A stretch of DNA of 37,509 nucleotides from a virus (IMGVR_UViG_3300048598_000519:1-37509); one strand, 5' to 3'. Numbered from the stretch's first letter, positions 17,877 to 26,952 are shown. Notes: generated by a model not told the origin, from the sequence alone. Made by a program: numbers and translations.

Positions 17877-19052
17877 TTATGCCTTCATCTGTAGGATTTT
17901 CACAGATTCGGCCAACGTCAATTTACCGTCCACTCGCTGCGTCGCCCTGAAGCCTACCTGTCCGTTGGCGGCATAAAGTTCATTTAAACGTTGGAAGCTT
18001 CTGCCCTGCCTGTCCGCAATCCAGTAATACTTGAAATCGCCAAACGCAATGACCTTAGCTGTGGATGCAATAGCAGGTACAAAACTCGATGTCCTGACCG
18101 GTTTGTTAAGGATCGTATCCGGCTGTCCCGCCTGCACCGAAGGCTGCCATAAATACTGCCCGGCACCATCCTTGAGCTTGCGCAGCGCCTTGATAGTCGT
18201 GTCATTGGTAATGAATAAGGCGTTCCTGCGGTACGGCTCCCTTAAGGAATGATACAGGTCGATCACCTCGTCCATGGCAATGGCTGCACCGGCAGTCGTC
18301 ACGCCGACTTCGCCGCTGCCGATCACACCGGTGGGTTTGCCGGTTCCGTTACCCACGATAAAGGCTTCTTCCTCGGCGCGGCTGATACGGCGCGCGAATT
18401 CCTTGGCAATATAGTTTTCAAGATTGAAAACCGAGTCGTTCAAAAGTTCCTCAGAGACCTTGATCATGGTGGACAGCTTATGGGCGCCCAGCGTAACCAC
18501 GCCGAATGCGTCGTCGCTTTCGTGCATCGCCGCTTCCTCATCCGTCCAGTCGGCAGTGCCCTTGGATGCGACCACCGGTATTTTCTTATCTCCGAAAGAA
18601 GTCGATATTACATTGGCGATCTGCCTTATCAGGTTCTCTTCTTCCAGGCTTGAAATGAGGGTGCGTTCGAATTCATCCGGCACCAGATACCCGCCCTCAC
18701 TATCGGTCCCTATCTGTAATGCGTTCTGTATGTCGAACTTATTGCGCATGGCTTTCCAGAACGCCTGCTTGTATTCGGCGGATGCCCTGCCGGTTTTGGC
18801 TTCTTCCTGCGCAGCCGGTTTGCCTGTGATAGGCGCATTGACCGCTTTTAAAAGTTGCAGATCGATAGCCGCCTGCCGTTCGAGACGCTCTATTTCTTTT
18901 CCGAGGTTGACTACATCGGCCTCCATTTTTTCATAAGTAACTGTATCCTCCGCGGATATCAGCCCGTCTTCTCCGCGTTTGACGTCGAGGAACGCCTTGG
19001 CTGCTTCCCATGCTTTGCCGCGCTTTTCACGCAGTTCCAGTATCTTGCTCAT
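17877..19052 (-). CDS. Major capsid protein (HK97 fold)
   Basis: Coiled-coil delta domain, GGYLVP, VSEELLNDS, KLKDGAGQYLWQP, RVDGK. Confidence 0.95.
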   Translation of the reverse strand: MSKILELREKRGKAWEAAKAFLDVKRGEDGLISAEDTVTYEKMEADVVNLGKEIERLERQAAIDLQLLKAVNAPITGKPAAQEEAKTGRASAEYKQAFWKAMRNKFDIQNALQIGTDSEGGYLVPDEFERTLISSLEEENLIRQIANVISTSFGDKKIPVVASKGTADWTDEEAAMHESDDAFGVVTLGAHKLSTMIKVSEELLNDSVFNLENYIAKEFARRISRAEEEAFIVGNGTGKPTGVIGSGEVGVTTAGAAIAMDEVIDLYHSLREPYRRNALFITNDTTIKALRKLKDGAGQYLWQPSVQAGQPDTILNKPVRTSSFVPAIASTAKVIAFGDFKYYWIADRQGRSFQRLNELYAANGQVGFRATQRVDGKLTLAESVKILQMKA

Positions 19053-19065
19053 ATTTTCTTCCTCC

Positions 19066-19761
19066 TTATTTCTTCAATAAAAAAAGCCGCTTTTCCAGCG
19101 ACTCAACGGGTATCGTATTGGGTTTCTTCTTTCGTTCCAGTTTGCTTAAAATCGAATTCATGACTGCCTGCCGGCTGAAGATCATGGCCTCCGAGACTAC
19201 GTTTTCCGTGGGAACCCCTTCAGTGAACAGGATATCGTCGGCAAAACCGAGTTCCACGGCCTTTTTTGCGTTCAGCCATGTCTCCGCATCCATAAGATGG
19301 GATATCCGTGCCCGTGACAATCCGGTCTTTATTTCGTAGGCATTCATAATGCTTTCCTTGACTTCTTCCAGTATGGCGATGGCTTTTGCCATTTCCTCCG
19401 CATCGCCGATCGCGATTGTCATGGGGTTATGGATCATAAGCATGGATACCGGCGACATGAAAACTTCACCGCCCGCCATAGCAATCACCGAAGCAGCGCT
19501 TGCCGCGATGCCGTCGATCTTGACAGTCACTTTTCCTTTATAGTCCATCAGCATGTTATATATCTGCGCCGCAGCGAATACATCTCCGCCCGGACTGTTG
19601 ATCCAGATCGTGATATCCCCTTCTCCCGATACCAGTTCCGATTTAAACTGTTTGGGCGTGATCTCATCGCCAATCCAACTCTCTTCCGCAATGGCTCCGT
19701 CCAAGTACAGAGTCCGTACCCCGTCCTCGTTTTTAATCCAGTTCCAAAACTTTTTGTGCAT
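19066..19761 (-). CDS. Prohead maturation protease, ClpP-type
   Basis: INSPGGDV, AASAASVIAMAG, MIHNP, ETWL. Confidence 0.92.
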   Translation of the reverse strand: MHKKFWNWIKNEDGVRTLYLDGAIAEESWIGDEITPKQFKSELVSGEGDITIWINSPGGDVFAAAQIYNMLMDYKGKVTVKIDGIAASAASVIAMAGGEVFMSPVSMLMIHNPMTIAIGDAEEMAKAIAILEEVKESIMNAYEIKTGLSRARISHLMDAETWLNAKKAVELGFADDILFTEGVPTENVVSEAMIFSRQAVMNSILSKLERKKKPNTIPVESLEKRLFLLKK

Positions 19762-21000
19762 CTATTTTTCCTCCGTCTTTTGAATGTTCCTGTTTGCGAA
19801 TACGCCCGCGTCTTGCAGCTTGGTCATATTGCCGTTAATGAGGTACAGGTCGCCGCCCAGTTCCGCCGGTATCCGGTTCATGTTTTCGAGTTCGCGTATA
19901 TCATTGGATGACATCCAGCCATTCTGCCGTGCGACTGAATATCCGTTCATCCGGCTTTGATAGTCGCCGCGCAGCAAGCCGTCCACATTGAACTTGGCGA
20001 AGTAACTCCGTTTTTCCGAGGGCAGCAATAATGATTTTTGTATGGCCTGTTCCCAGCGCACCACCCATGGATCGAGCGTATATTTTACAAATTCCAGGCT
20101 CTGCTGCTCTATATTGCTGAAGCTGGACTTTTCAAGGTCGCCGATCATGTGCGGCGGTATCCGGAATATCCTTGCGATCTCGTTGATTTGGAATTTCCGT
20201 GTTTCTAAAAACTGCGCCTGTTCGGGCGGAATACCGATCGCCTGAAATTTCATGCCTTCTTCCAGCACCGCGATGCGGTGTGCGTTGGCGCTGCCCTGAT
20301 ATACGGCGTTCCAGCTTTCACGAACGCGTTTTGGGTCTTTTACGACTCCCGGATGCTCCAGGACTCCGCCGGGGCTGGCTCCGTTCGCAAAAAATGAAGC
20401 ACCGAATTCCTCGCAGGCGATCGCCATGCCGATCGCGTTTTTGGCCATCGCTATGGGTGAATACCCTACTAGGCCGTCAAACCCAAGGCCCGGAATATGC
20501 AGCACTTCGTAGGCTTTCAAGACCACCGGCCCGGTATCGGTTAAATACTGATAATAGAGCTGTCCGGATGACGTCCTGTCCACGGTCGTCTTATTGGGCA
20601 GCAAGGGATATAGCGCCAATACGCGTCCCATACCGTCACGTATGATCTGCGCATAGGCGTTCCCCCAAAGCAAAAGATGACTCATCAGTGTTTCCCTGAA
20701 CACAAATGAAGTCATCTCGGGGTTCGGCTCCGAATGGAGCAGATAGTATATGGGATGGTCGAGTGCTTTTTCTTTTCCTCCGTCCGGTTTGTACCGGTAA
20801 GTATGCAACGGCAAACCAGCGATCGCCTCGGCCAGTATCCTTACACACGCGTAAACTGCCGTTGTCTGCATGGCCGTTCTTTCGTTGACAGCCTTACCGC
20901 TCGGCGTGCTGCCGAAAAAGAAACTGTAATCGCTGCCTGAAAGCCTGTTTCTTGGTTTATCCCGTGCTTTAAACAGAGCTGAAAATATATTCATAGGCAT
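19762..21000 (-). CDS. Portal protein (HK97 family)
   Basis: AVYACVRILAE, LLLWGNAYA, GYSPI, IARIFRIPPHMIG. Confidence 0.95.
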   Translation of the reverse strand: MPMNIFSALFKARDKPRNRLSGSDYSFFFGSTPSGKAVNERTAMQTTAVYACVRILAEAIAGLPLHTYRYKPDGGKEKALDHPIYYLLHSEPNPEMTSFVFRETLMSHLLLWGNAYAQIIRDGMGRVLALYPLLPNKTTVDRTSSGQLYYQYLTDTGPVVLKAYEVLHIPGLGFDGLVGYSPIAMAKNAIGMAIACEEFGASFFANGASPGGVLEHPGVVKDPKRVRESWNAVYQGSANAHRIAVLEEGMKFQAIGIPPEQAQFLETRKFQINEIARIFRIPPHMIGDLEKSSFSNIEQQSLEFVKYTLDPWVVRWEQAIQKSLLLPSEKRSYFAKFNVDGLLRGDYQSRMNGYSVARQNGWMSSNDIRELENMNRIPAELGGDLYLINGNMTKLQDAGVFANRNIQKTEEK

Positions 21001-21021
21001 TTTTCTCCCAAAAATTCGTAC

Positions 21022-21046
21022 AAAAAAAGCACCCTTTCGGATGCTT
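21022..21046 (-). terminator. Intrinsic terminator after the TA pair
   Basis: AAGCATCC-GAAA-GGGTGCTT-TTTTT. Confidence 0.82.
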
Positions 21047-21075
21047 AAGCAATAGCTATCAAATTTTATTTCAAT

Positions 21076-21384
21076 TTATATCAGTTTTATATAGTCCCGA
21101 GCGCCATAGAAAAAGCGCATGATAAAAACAGTTTTTGTTTCTTCATCGGCTTTATAGACCGCTACATAGCTTTTGATTAGTGCTTTGCGGTAACCCTCTG
21201 TCTTAAGACGTTTGTCCCGGCATTTCTCATACATCATCGGATTATTCTTAAGGTTGCGGTAACAGGTGTCGACCGCTTCGAGAAAATCTCCAGCGGCAGC
21301 GGGATTAGCCAGTTCCACGGCGATGTATGAAACAATGCTGTCCAGATCCTGATGGGCAAGTTCTGAAACAACCAGTTTATACAT
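21076..21384 (-). CDS. RelE/ParE family toxin
   Basis: SELAHQDLDSIVSYIA...YRK...IMRFFYGARDY; overlaps the antitoxin stop. Confidence 0.85.
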   Translation of the reverse strand: MYKLVVSELAHQDLDSIVSYIAVELANPAAAGDFLEAVDTCYRNLKNNPMMYEKCRDKRLKTEGYRKALIKSYVAVYKADEETKTVFIMRFFYGARDYIKLI

Positions 21385-21637
21385 TGTATTTTTCTCTTAT
21401 GCTTTTTAATGAAGCATCCGCATCCAGCGTTTTGCCTTCCTTCACCTGTTGTTCGGCAGCGTCCAGTTTGCTGTATATGTCTTGCATAAACATTTTTTCT
21501 TCATATGCTTTCATGCTCATGATGACCATATCGCCATATCCGTTTTTTGTAATGAAAATCGGCTCGTTAGATGTATGGCACATCTGAGAAACCTCGCTTG
21601 TTTTCTTTAAGTCACGTATTGGAATAATCTGGGGCAT
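21377..21637 (-). CDS. Phd/YefM family antitoxin
   Basis: PIRDLK...EPIFITKNGYGDMVIMS; ATG 21637 after an AGGAG SD. Confidence 0.88.
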   Translation of the reverse strand: MPQIIPIRDLKKTSEVSQMCHTSNEPIFITKNGYGDMVIMSMKAYEEKMFMQDIYSKLDAAEQQVKEGKTLDADASLKSIREKYNV

Positions 21638-21662
21638 ATTATTCAACTCCTTTTATGGGATA

Positions 21663-21691
21663 ATTGTACCATAATTATGTCCCAGTTTCAA
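21663..21691 (-). promoter_or_regulatory. SigA promoter of the TA operon with overlapping imperfect palindrome (likely operator)
   Basis: TTGAAA-17 nt-TACAAT with extended TG; TGGGA...TCCCA dyad spans the -10. Confidence 0.75.
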
Positions 21692-21710
21692 TCATTCTAT
21701 TCGTTTTTTA

Positions 21711-21976
21711 TTATAAAACCATCAAACCCCTTGCGTCATAAACAGAATTACCGTTATCACTATTATGCCTAAGCGCTCGGTCCAATGCCATGATCGTTGC
21801 GACTGCGCCGTCGATCCTTTCTGTTGATTTTTCCTTGTCCGGCTTGATATTGCCAGCCGGGTCGGTCCTATATAAATATTATACATCATCCACCGTAATG
21901 CTGGATACCCGCCGTGCGCGATTTTCCCTTCCAGCGTCAGCTTCATCAATTCCTTGGTGGGCGGCGACATATCCTT
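21711..21976 (-). pseudogene. Orphan, frameshifted 3' fragment of a second terminase large subunit allele
   Basis: About 83% nt identity (hand count) to the last part of terL, mostly third-position changes, with a 1-nt deletion near 21869. Confidence 0.85.
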
Positions 21977-22007
21977 ATTTCATTTTTGCAAGTTATAATG
22001 AAATAAG
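21974..22007. repeat. 13-8-13 inverted repeat (recombination-site-like)
   Basis: CTTATTTCATTTT-TGCAAGTT-ATAATGAAATAAG (12/13 match); a related half-site recurs at 22024-22049. Confidence 0.6.
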
Positions 22008-22132
22008 TGTCGTGTTTTTATTTCCTTATTTCAGTTTCGCCCGAAATGATTTAAATATACTGGTAGTTTTAAATATGCTTTTTGCCTGATTATTGTTCGT
22101 TCTGCACAATTTTCATTTTTAATTATGCAGAA

Positions 22133-23707
22133 TCAAATGCTGAGAAGTCCCCTGCTGTCATACACGCTTCCCCCACTGCCGTTCTGATGCCGCAATGCCC
22201 TATCCAAAGCCATGATCGTCGCTACCGCTCCGTCGATCTTCTCAGTGGATTTCTCTTTGTCCGGCTTTATATTCCCTGCCGGGTCGGTCTTTATATAAAT
22301 ATTATCCATCATCCACCGTAATACGGGATGGCCGCTGTGAGCCAGTTTCCCTTCCAGTGTCAGCTTCATCAGCTCCTTTGTGGGCGGCGACATATCCTTG
22401 AATCCCTGGCCAAACGGAACGACAGTAAAACCCAGACCCTCGAGATTCTGCACCATCTGAACAGCACCCCACCGGTCAAACGCGATTTCCCTTATGTTAA
22501 ATTTCGTTCCGAGTTCATCTATAAAGTTTTCGATATAGCCGTAATGTACGACATTACCTTCCGTGGTTTTTAAGAAGCCCTGTTTTTTCCAAACATCATA
22601 CGGTACATGGTCCCGCCGCAACCGAAGGTCAATGTTATCCTCCGGCATCCAGAAGAATGGCAGAATCATATATTTATCATCTTCGTCTACCGGCGGAAAT
22701 ACCAGCACAAAGGCGGTAATGTCTGTCGTTGATGATAGATCCAAACCCCCGTAACAAATACGTCCTCTTATTTCCTCCGGGTTTATAGCAAACGCGCATG
22801 CATCCCACTTCTCCATGGGCATCCAGCGTATGCTTTGCTTCACCCACTGGTTTAATCGGAGCTGACGGAACAGGTTTTCTTCTGCCGGGTTCTGTCGTGC
22901 ACTCTCGCATGCTACCTTTAATTTTTCTATATCGACCGTTACCCCAAGGCTGGGATTAGTCGCACACCATACATCCGGGCTTGTCCAGTCCGCGTCGTCC
23001 GGAGCGCTGTAGATCACCGGATAAAACGTAGGATCGATTTTTCTTCCTTTTAATATATCCTCCGCCTTTTGGTGTACTTCCCAACAGATGGAATTTCTGT
23101 CCGTACCCGCTGTTGTGATGATAAAAGTCAGCGGCTGTTTTCTGGCGTCCCCGGCGCCATGCGTCATAACATCATAAAGCTGGCGGTTGGGCTGTGCGTG
23201 CAGCTCATCCATCACCACGCCGTGCACATTCAGCCCGTGTTTAGTATACGCTTCAGCCGATAGCACCTGATAGAAACTCCCTAGCGGTTTGTATACCAAC
23301 CGTTTTTGGGAGAGTATCGGCTTGATGCGGCTTTTTAGTGCCGGGCATTGCTCCACCATCTGCACCGCAACGTCGAACACAATGGACGCCTGCTGCCGGT
23401 CCGAAGCACAACCGTATATCTCTCCGCCGTACTCCATATCCCCGCAGGTAAGAAAAAGCGCTACCGCTGCGGCGAGTTCGGATTTACCCTGTTTCTTTGG
23501 AATTTCTATATACGCCGTGTTGTATTGCCGGTATCCGTTAGGCTTCATCCAGCCGAACAGATCGCGTATGATATTTTCCTGCCAGCCGATCAGTTGGAAT
23601 GGCTTTCCGTACCATTCGCCTTTGGTGTGTTTGAGTTCATTGATAAAGGCGACCGCATAGGCCGCCTTATATTCATCCAGGTATGTTGTTGTTCTTTTCC
23701 TGCCAAT
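22133..23707 (-). CDS. terL: Terminase large subunit
   Basis: Walker A IPKKQGKS, Walker B VVMDELH, nuclease GLDLS and KIDG. The frame stays open and terminase-like (HTKGEW..KPFQLIGWQ) for 53 codons upstream of ATG 23548, back to an ATT after SD GAGGGG. Start uncertain. Confidence 0.92.
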   Translation of the reverse strand: MGRKRTTTYLDEYKAAYAVAFINELKHTKGEWYGKPFQLIGWQENIIRDLFGWMKPNGYRQYNTAYIEIPKKQGKSELAAAVALFLTCGDMEYGGEIYGCASDRQQASIVFDVAVQMVEQCPALKSRIKPILSQKRLVYKPLGSFYQVLSAEAYTKHGLNVHGVVMDELHAQPNRQLYDVMTHGAGDARKQPLTFIITTAGTDRNSICWEVHQKAEDILKGRKIDPTFYPVIYSAPDDADWTSPDVWCATNPSLGVTVDIEKLKVACESARQNPAEENLFRQLRLNQWVKQSIRWMPMEKWDACAFAINPEEIRGRICYGGLDLSSTTDITAFVLVFPPVDEDDKYMILPFFWMPEDNIDLRLRRDHVPYDVWKKQGFLKTTEGNVVHYGYIENFIDELGTKFNIREIAFDRWGAVQMVQNLEGLGFTVVPFGQGFKDMSPPTKELMKLTLEGKLAHSGHPVLRWMMDNIYIKTDPAGNIKPDKEKSTEKIDGAVATIMALDRALRHQNGSGGSVYDSRGLLSI

Positions 23708-23728
23708 AACGATCCCCTCTTTTGCATG

Positions 23729-23754
23729 AAAAAAGGACTCATTACGAGTCCCTT
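23729..23754 (-). terminator. Intrinsic terminator after the zinc-ribbon gene
   Basis: GGACTC-GTAAT-GAGTCC-TTTTTT. Confidence 0.78.
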
Positions 23755-23796
23755 AAGTTAAATATATTTAAAATTATCGTGTATTCTGATTATATT

Positions 23797-24006
23797 TTAC
23801 CAGCTTCTTCCCCCGCCGTTTTCACCGCGGTTGCCACCGTAACCGCCGCCTCCGCCGCCGCGTCTTTGCTGTTTCTTGGCTCTTCTGCATTCCGGGCAGC
23901 GCTGCGGTTCGTTCTCAAATCCTTTTTCCTTGTAGAAAGCCTGTTCACCTTCGGTGAATATGAATTCCTTGTTGCAGTCCTTACATACTAATGGTTTGTC
24001 GGGCAT
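23797..24006 (-). CDS. Zinc-ribbon protein (zf-trcl-like) with Gly/Arg-rich tail
   Basis: CKDC..EFIFTEGEQAFYKEKGFENEPQRCPECR plus RRGGGGGGYGG; AAGGAG SD. Confidence 0.85.
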   Translation of the reverse strand: MPDKPLVCKDCNKEFIFTEGEQAFYKEKGFENEPQRCPECRRAKKQQRRGGGGGGYGGNRGENGGGRSW

Positions 24007-24057
24007 TGAATGGTCTCCTTAAAAATTACAAAATACTGGGTTTAGCAGTTCGATTCC

Positions 24058-24086
24058 GTTATATCATGTATAGTTAAAAATATCAA
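24058..24086 (-). promoter_or_regulatory. SigA promoter of the zinc-ribbon moron
   Basis: TTGATA-17 nt-TATAAC with extended TG. Confidence 0.7.
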
Positions 24087-24093
24087 GCAACGC

Positions 24094-24258
24094 TTAATTT
24101 CCCGTTAATATATAGTTTAAATACTCTTTTTTATGTTCCTCTATAAATAATATCAATTCAAAAAAACCAAGTTCATATGCTTCCCTTTGGATATCGAACA
24201 TATTAAAATGCCCTAACTTCCGAATATGCATGATTTGCGTAACCACCTTATAGCTCAT
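24094..24258 (-). CDS. DUF5049-like small phage protein
   Basis: QIMHIRKLGHFNMFD...GFFELILFIEEHKKEY..YILTG; start reassigned to ATG 24258. Confidence 0.65.
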   Translation of the reverse strand: MSYKVVTQIMHIRKLGHFNMFDIQREAYELGFFELILFIEEHKKEYLNYILTGN

Positions 24259-24472
24259 GGACTTTATTCCATCCGATCCCTTTGAAATTATATTCCCCGC
24301 GCTTAATAGCCTCGTGTTCCGCCTGCCGTGCTTTCGGGTAATCCGGATGCAGTTTTTCTTTTTCCGAACATTCAAGGCATATACAATCCTCGTTGAACAT
24401 GGATAGTATACGTCCGTCGCTTAAATCGTTGCCGCAACGGCTGCAATGTTTCTGTGTAAAAAACCTGTCCAT
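24248..24472 (-). CDS. Small zinc-binding phage protein
   Basis: CSRC...CICLEC; GGAG SD at the end of the upstream gene. Confidence 0.65.
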   Translation of the reverse strand: MDRFFTQKHCSRCGNDLSDGRILSMFNEDCICLECSEKEKLHPDYPKARQAEHEAIKRGEYNFKGIGWNKVHEL

Positions 24473-24476
24473 ATCG

Positions 24477-24683
24477 TTATTCTCCTTTTACTTTGATCCC
24501 GGTTTTATGCAGCTTTTTGAAATATCTTTCGCCGAGTAGTTCCTCAATTTCTGAAGCGCCGTAGATCAGTACATGGTCTGAATCTTCGTTCGTATCGGCG
24601 AGCACCATATCTCCGCACCAGCGCCCCACAATTTCAAATACAGTCTTGCCGTCTTTTGTTATGAATAAGTCGCCCTTTTTCAT
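24477..24683 (-). CDS. Hypothetical protein
   Basis: 68 aa with a strong GGGAGG SD. Confidence 0.6.
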   Translation of the reverse strand: MKKGDLFITKDGKTVFEIVGRWCGDMVLADTNEDSDHVLIYGASEIEELLGERYFKKLHKTGIKVKGE

Positions 24684-24776
24684 TTTGCAAACCCTCCCGA
24701 TTTCCTTATGGTAGGGTACATATAGCCATAATGCGTACGGTATATCAAGGTAATTCTGTACTTTTCCAGAGCTCTT

Positions 24777-25577
24777 TTATGGGTTCTCTTTAGGTTTTGA
24801 ATACGCTGAACTACCGGACAAATTCCTCAACAGAACTTTCCTCGCGCTCTTAAACTCATCGCTTACGAATCCCAATTTAATAAGAAAAACGCGGAACGAA
24901 AACTTTTCTGAGTCGACCGGTTTCTCTTTTGCGGTGACCCTCTTCTGTTCTTTTGCCGCAGCGCAGAGGGCACTTATAAAACGGGTATATGCGGCAACTT
25001 CCTCGCCCGATATGCCGGAGGAGAACCAGGGAAAACGTAGCGTCGTCTCCGTCCGCTCAATTGGAAGCATTTTTGCGCCGATGGCCTTTTTGATAAGATT
25101 CGCTTTGCTGGCGATGAGTCTCTCAAGGTTGGCGATGCTTTCTTCGGTAAAACCTTCAACCGGCATCGCGATGGTCAGAGCGTCAGATTCAGCAAACACG
25201 GGAATGTCGCTTGCCCGCATACCGTCCTCACCCCAGTTGTCCCGGCGCTGTTTGCCAAGCCCCAATTCTTCCTCTTCAGTCATCTTCAAATCCTCGAAAA
25301 CTTCCAGCGCCCCAAGCCCGCCGAGGGACTCTTCATAGGTCATCGGCGTGTCGTATTCCGCGCTGACGGCTTTTAAGCTGTATAATCCTTCGAGGTCGGC
25401 GATAAGGTCTAAGTTGTCTTCACCCGCAAGGGTTCCGTCCTTGTCGATACAGTATTCACCCACCTGATAGGAAAAAGTCGGCGCCCCCTGGTACAAAATC
25501 TTCTCCCCGGTTCTATCGGCTACTGCATTGACCAATTCCTTACGTCTGGCGCCAGTCACACTAAACCTGATTTTCAT
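24777..25577 (-). CDS. Conserved Clostridia phage protein (so-called virulence-related family)
   Basis: TGARRKELV..YQGAPTFSY, FPWF, EKFSFRVFLIKLGF, LLRNLSGSSA; start reassigned to ATG 25577. Confidence 0.7.
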   Translation of the reverse strand: MKIRFSVTGARRKELVNAVADRTGEKILYQGAPTFSYQVGEYCIDKDGTLAGEDNLDLIADLEGLYSLKAVSAEYDTPMTYEESLGGLGALEVFEDLKMTEEEELGLGKQRRDNWGEDGMRASDIPVFAESDALTIAMPVEGFTEESIANLERLIASKANLIKKAIGAKMLPIERTETTLRFPWFSSGISGEEVAAYTRFISALCAAAKEQKRVTAKEKPVDSEKFSFRVFLIKLGFVSDEFKSARKVLLRNLSGSSAYSKPKENP

Positions 25578-25601
25578 AAATATAACCTGCCTTTCTTTTT
25601 G

Positions 25602-25642
25602 GTTAGTACAGATTAACGCTCTAATCTCATAGAAAAGCAAGT
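25602..25642 (-). promoter_or_regulatory. Second copy of the phage-conserved promoter/operator motif
   Basis: ACTTGCT-N11-TTAGAG-N11-ACTAAC. Confidence 0.55.
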
Positions 25643-25660
25643 AAAATATTGTATATTCGT

Positions 25661-26935
25661 TCATTGATTCTGAATTTGTTTATATGCCATCTTCTCACCG
25701 TTCCTGAGTAAGTAAACATTTATATCGGTCCCTTTATACTCTATATATCGTCTGACCCCGACATCTACAAATTTCTCGTCTAATTCCTGCAAATACGCCA
25801 CTCGTCCCAGTTGATCTGAGGCAATGAGGGTGGAAGCGGACCCACTGAATAAATCCAGTACAATATCCTTATCACGTGAACAAAGGCTAATCGCTTTTCC
25901 TATCACCTCAAGGGGTTTTTGGGTTGGATGTAACGGGCTTTTTTTAGGCCGGTCAAATTCCCAAACATCCGTCTGTGTCCGGTCTTCCTTCAACGGATAT
26001 AGCCGTGATGTTCCTTCGGGCCAGCCATACCAGATGCTTTCATAGCGCGGTTGAAAGTCCTTACGTCCTAAAACCAGGCTATCCTTTACCCATATAATGC
26101 TGGAACTCCAATGCCATCCGATTTCACGCAATACGCTATCGATCGTCGGCCATTCCTGTGCGGACATGAATGCGAAAATAGCTGCGCCCGGAACCACCGC
26201 CTGAAAAGCACAGGTAAATGCTTTTTTGAGAAACTCCCTGAACGCATCGGTTGACATATTGTCGTTCAAGATGCCCTCGCGTTTTTTCCACGACGGATGA
26301 TTGGTATTTCCGGCATTGTTAAAATTTACATTGTACGGTGCATCGGTCACAATCAGCTTTGCCTTTTGCCCGTTCATCAATAAGGCCACTTCTTCGATAT
26401 TGGTGCTGTCGCCGCAGCGCAGACGATGGTCACCGAGCAACCATATGTCACCTCTCCTGCTGATTGGTGCCTTTATTTTCGAAACTACTTTCTCCACATC
26501 GAATTGATCGTCCTCGACGATTGTTTCTTTACCTTCGTGATTAAATAACGCATCCAACTCAGAAGCGTCAAAGCCGGTGAGGGATACATCAAAGCCGTCC
26601 TCGTTCAAATCACGTAGCAGATCGGTTAAAAGCGGAATATCGAACTCTCCGGAGATTTTATTCAGCGCCACATTCAGCACTTTTTCTTTTTGTTCATCAA
26701 TATCCAATACCACACAATCAATTTCCTGATACCCTAAAACTGATAGTATCTTGTATCGCTGGTGTCCACCGACGATATTCCCCGTGCGGCTGTTCCAAAT
26801 AACTGGCTCCACATATCCGAACTCCTCAATGGAACGACGCAGCTTTTCGTATTCCGGATCACCGGGTTTTAAATCTTTGCGCGGATTGTATTTTGCCGCC
26901 TTTATTTTTCTTATTTCAATTTTTCTAATTTCCAT
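25661..26935 (-). CDS. ParB-like domain + beta-class N6A/N4C DNA methyltransferase (variant motifs)
   Basis: N-terminal YNPRK...GGHQR (ParB-like); motif IV DAPY, HPTQKP, motif I LDLFSGSAST. Start ATG 26935 after GGAG. Confidence 0.85.
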   Translation of the reverse strand: MEIRKIEIRKIKAAKYNPRKDLKPGDPEYEKLRRSIEEFGYVEPVIWNSRTGNIVGGHQRYKILSVLGYQEIDCVVLDIDEQKEKVLNVALNKISGEFDIPLLTDLLRDLNEDGFDVSLTGFDASELDALFNHEGKETIVEDDQFDVEKVVSKIKAPISRRGDIWLLGDHRLRCGDSTNIEEVALLMNGQKAKLIVTDAPYNVNFNNAGNTNHPSWKKREGILNDNMSTDAFREFLKKAFTCAFQAVVPGAAIFAFMSAQEWPTIDSVLREIGWHWSSSIIWVKDSLVLGRKDFQPRYESIWYGWPEGTSRLYPLKEDRTQTDVWEFDRPKKSPLHPTQKPLEVIGKAISLCSRDKDIVLDLFSGSASTLIASDQLGRVAYLQELDEKFVDVGVRRYIEYKGTDINVYLLRNGEKMAYKQIQNQ

Positions 26936-26952
26936 CGTAAATATCTCCATAC

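Noticed and set aside
21711-22399. Diversity-generating retroelement (TR/VR pair) from the duplicated terL tail
   Set aside because: Mismatches are not adenine-specific but mostly synonymous third-position changes, and no reverse transcriptase is present in the window.
24723-24730. TAGCCATA identical to the helicase insert
   Set aside because: One extra match of an 8-mer is expected by chance in 37 kb on two strands.
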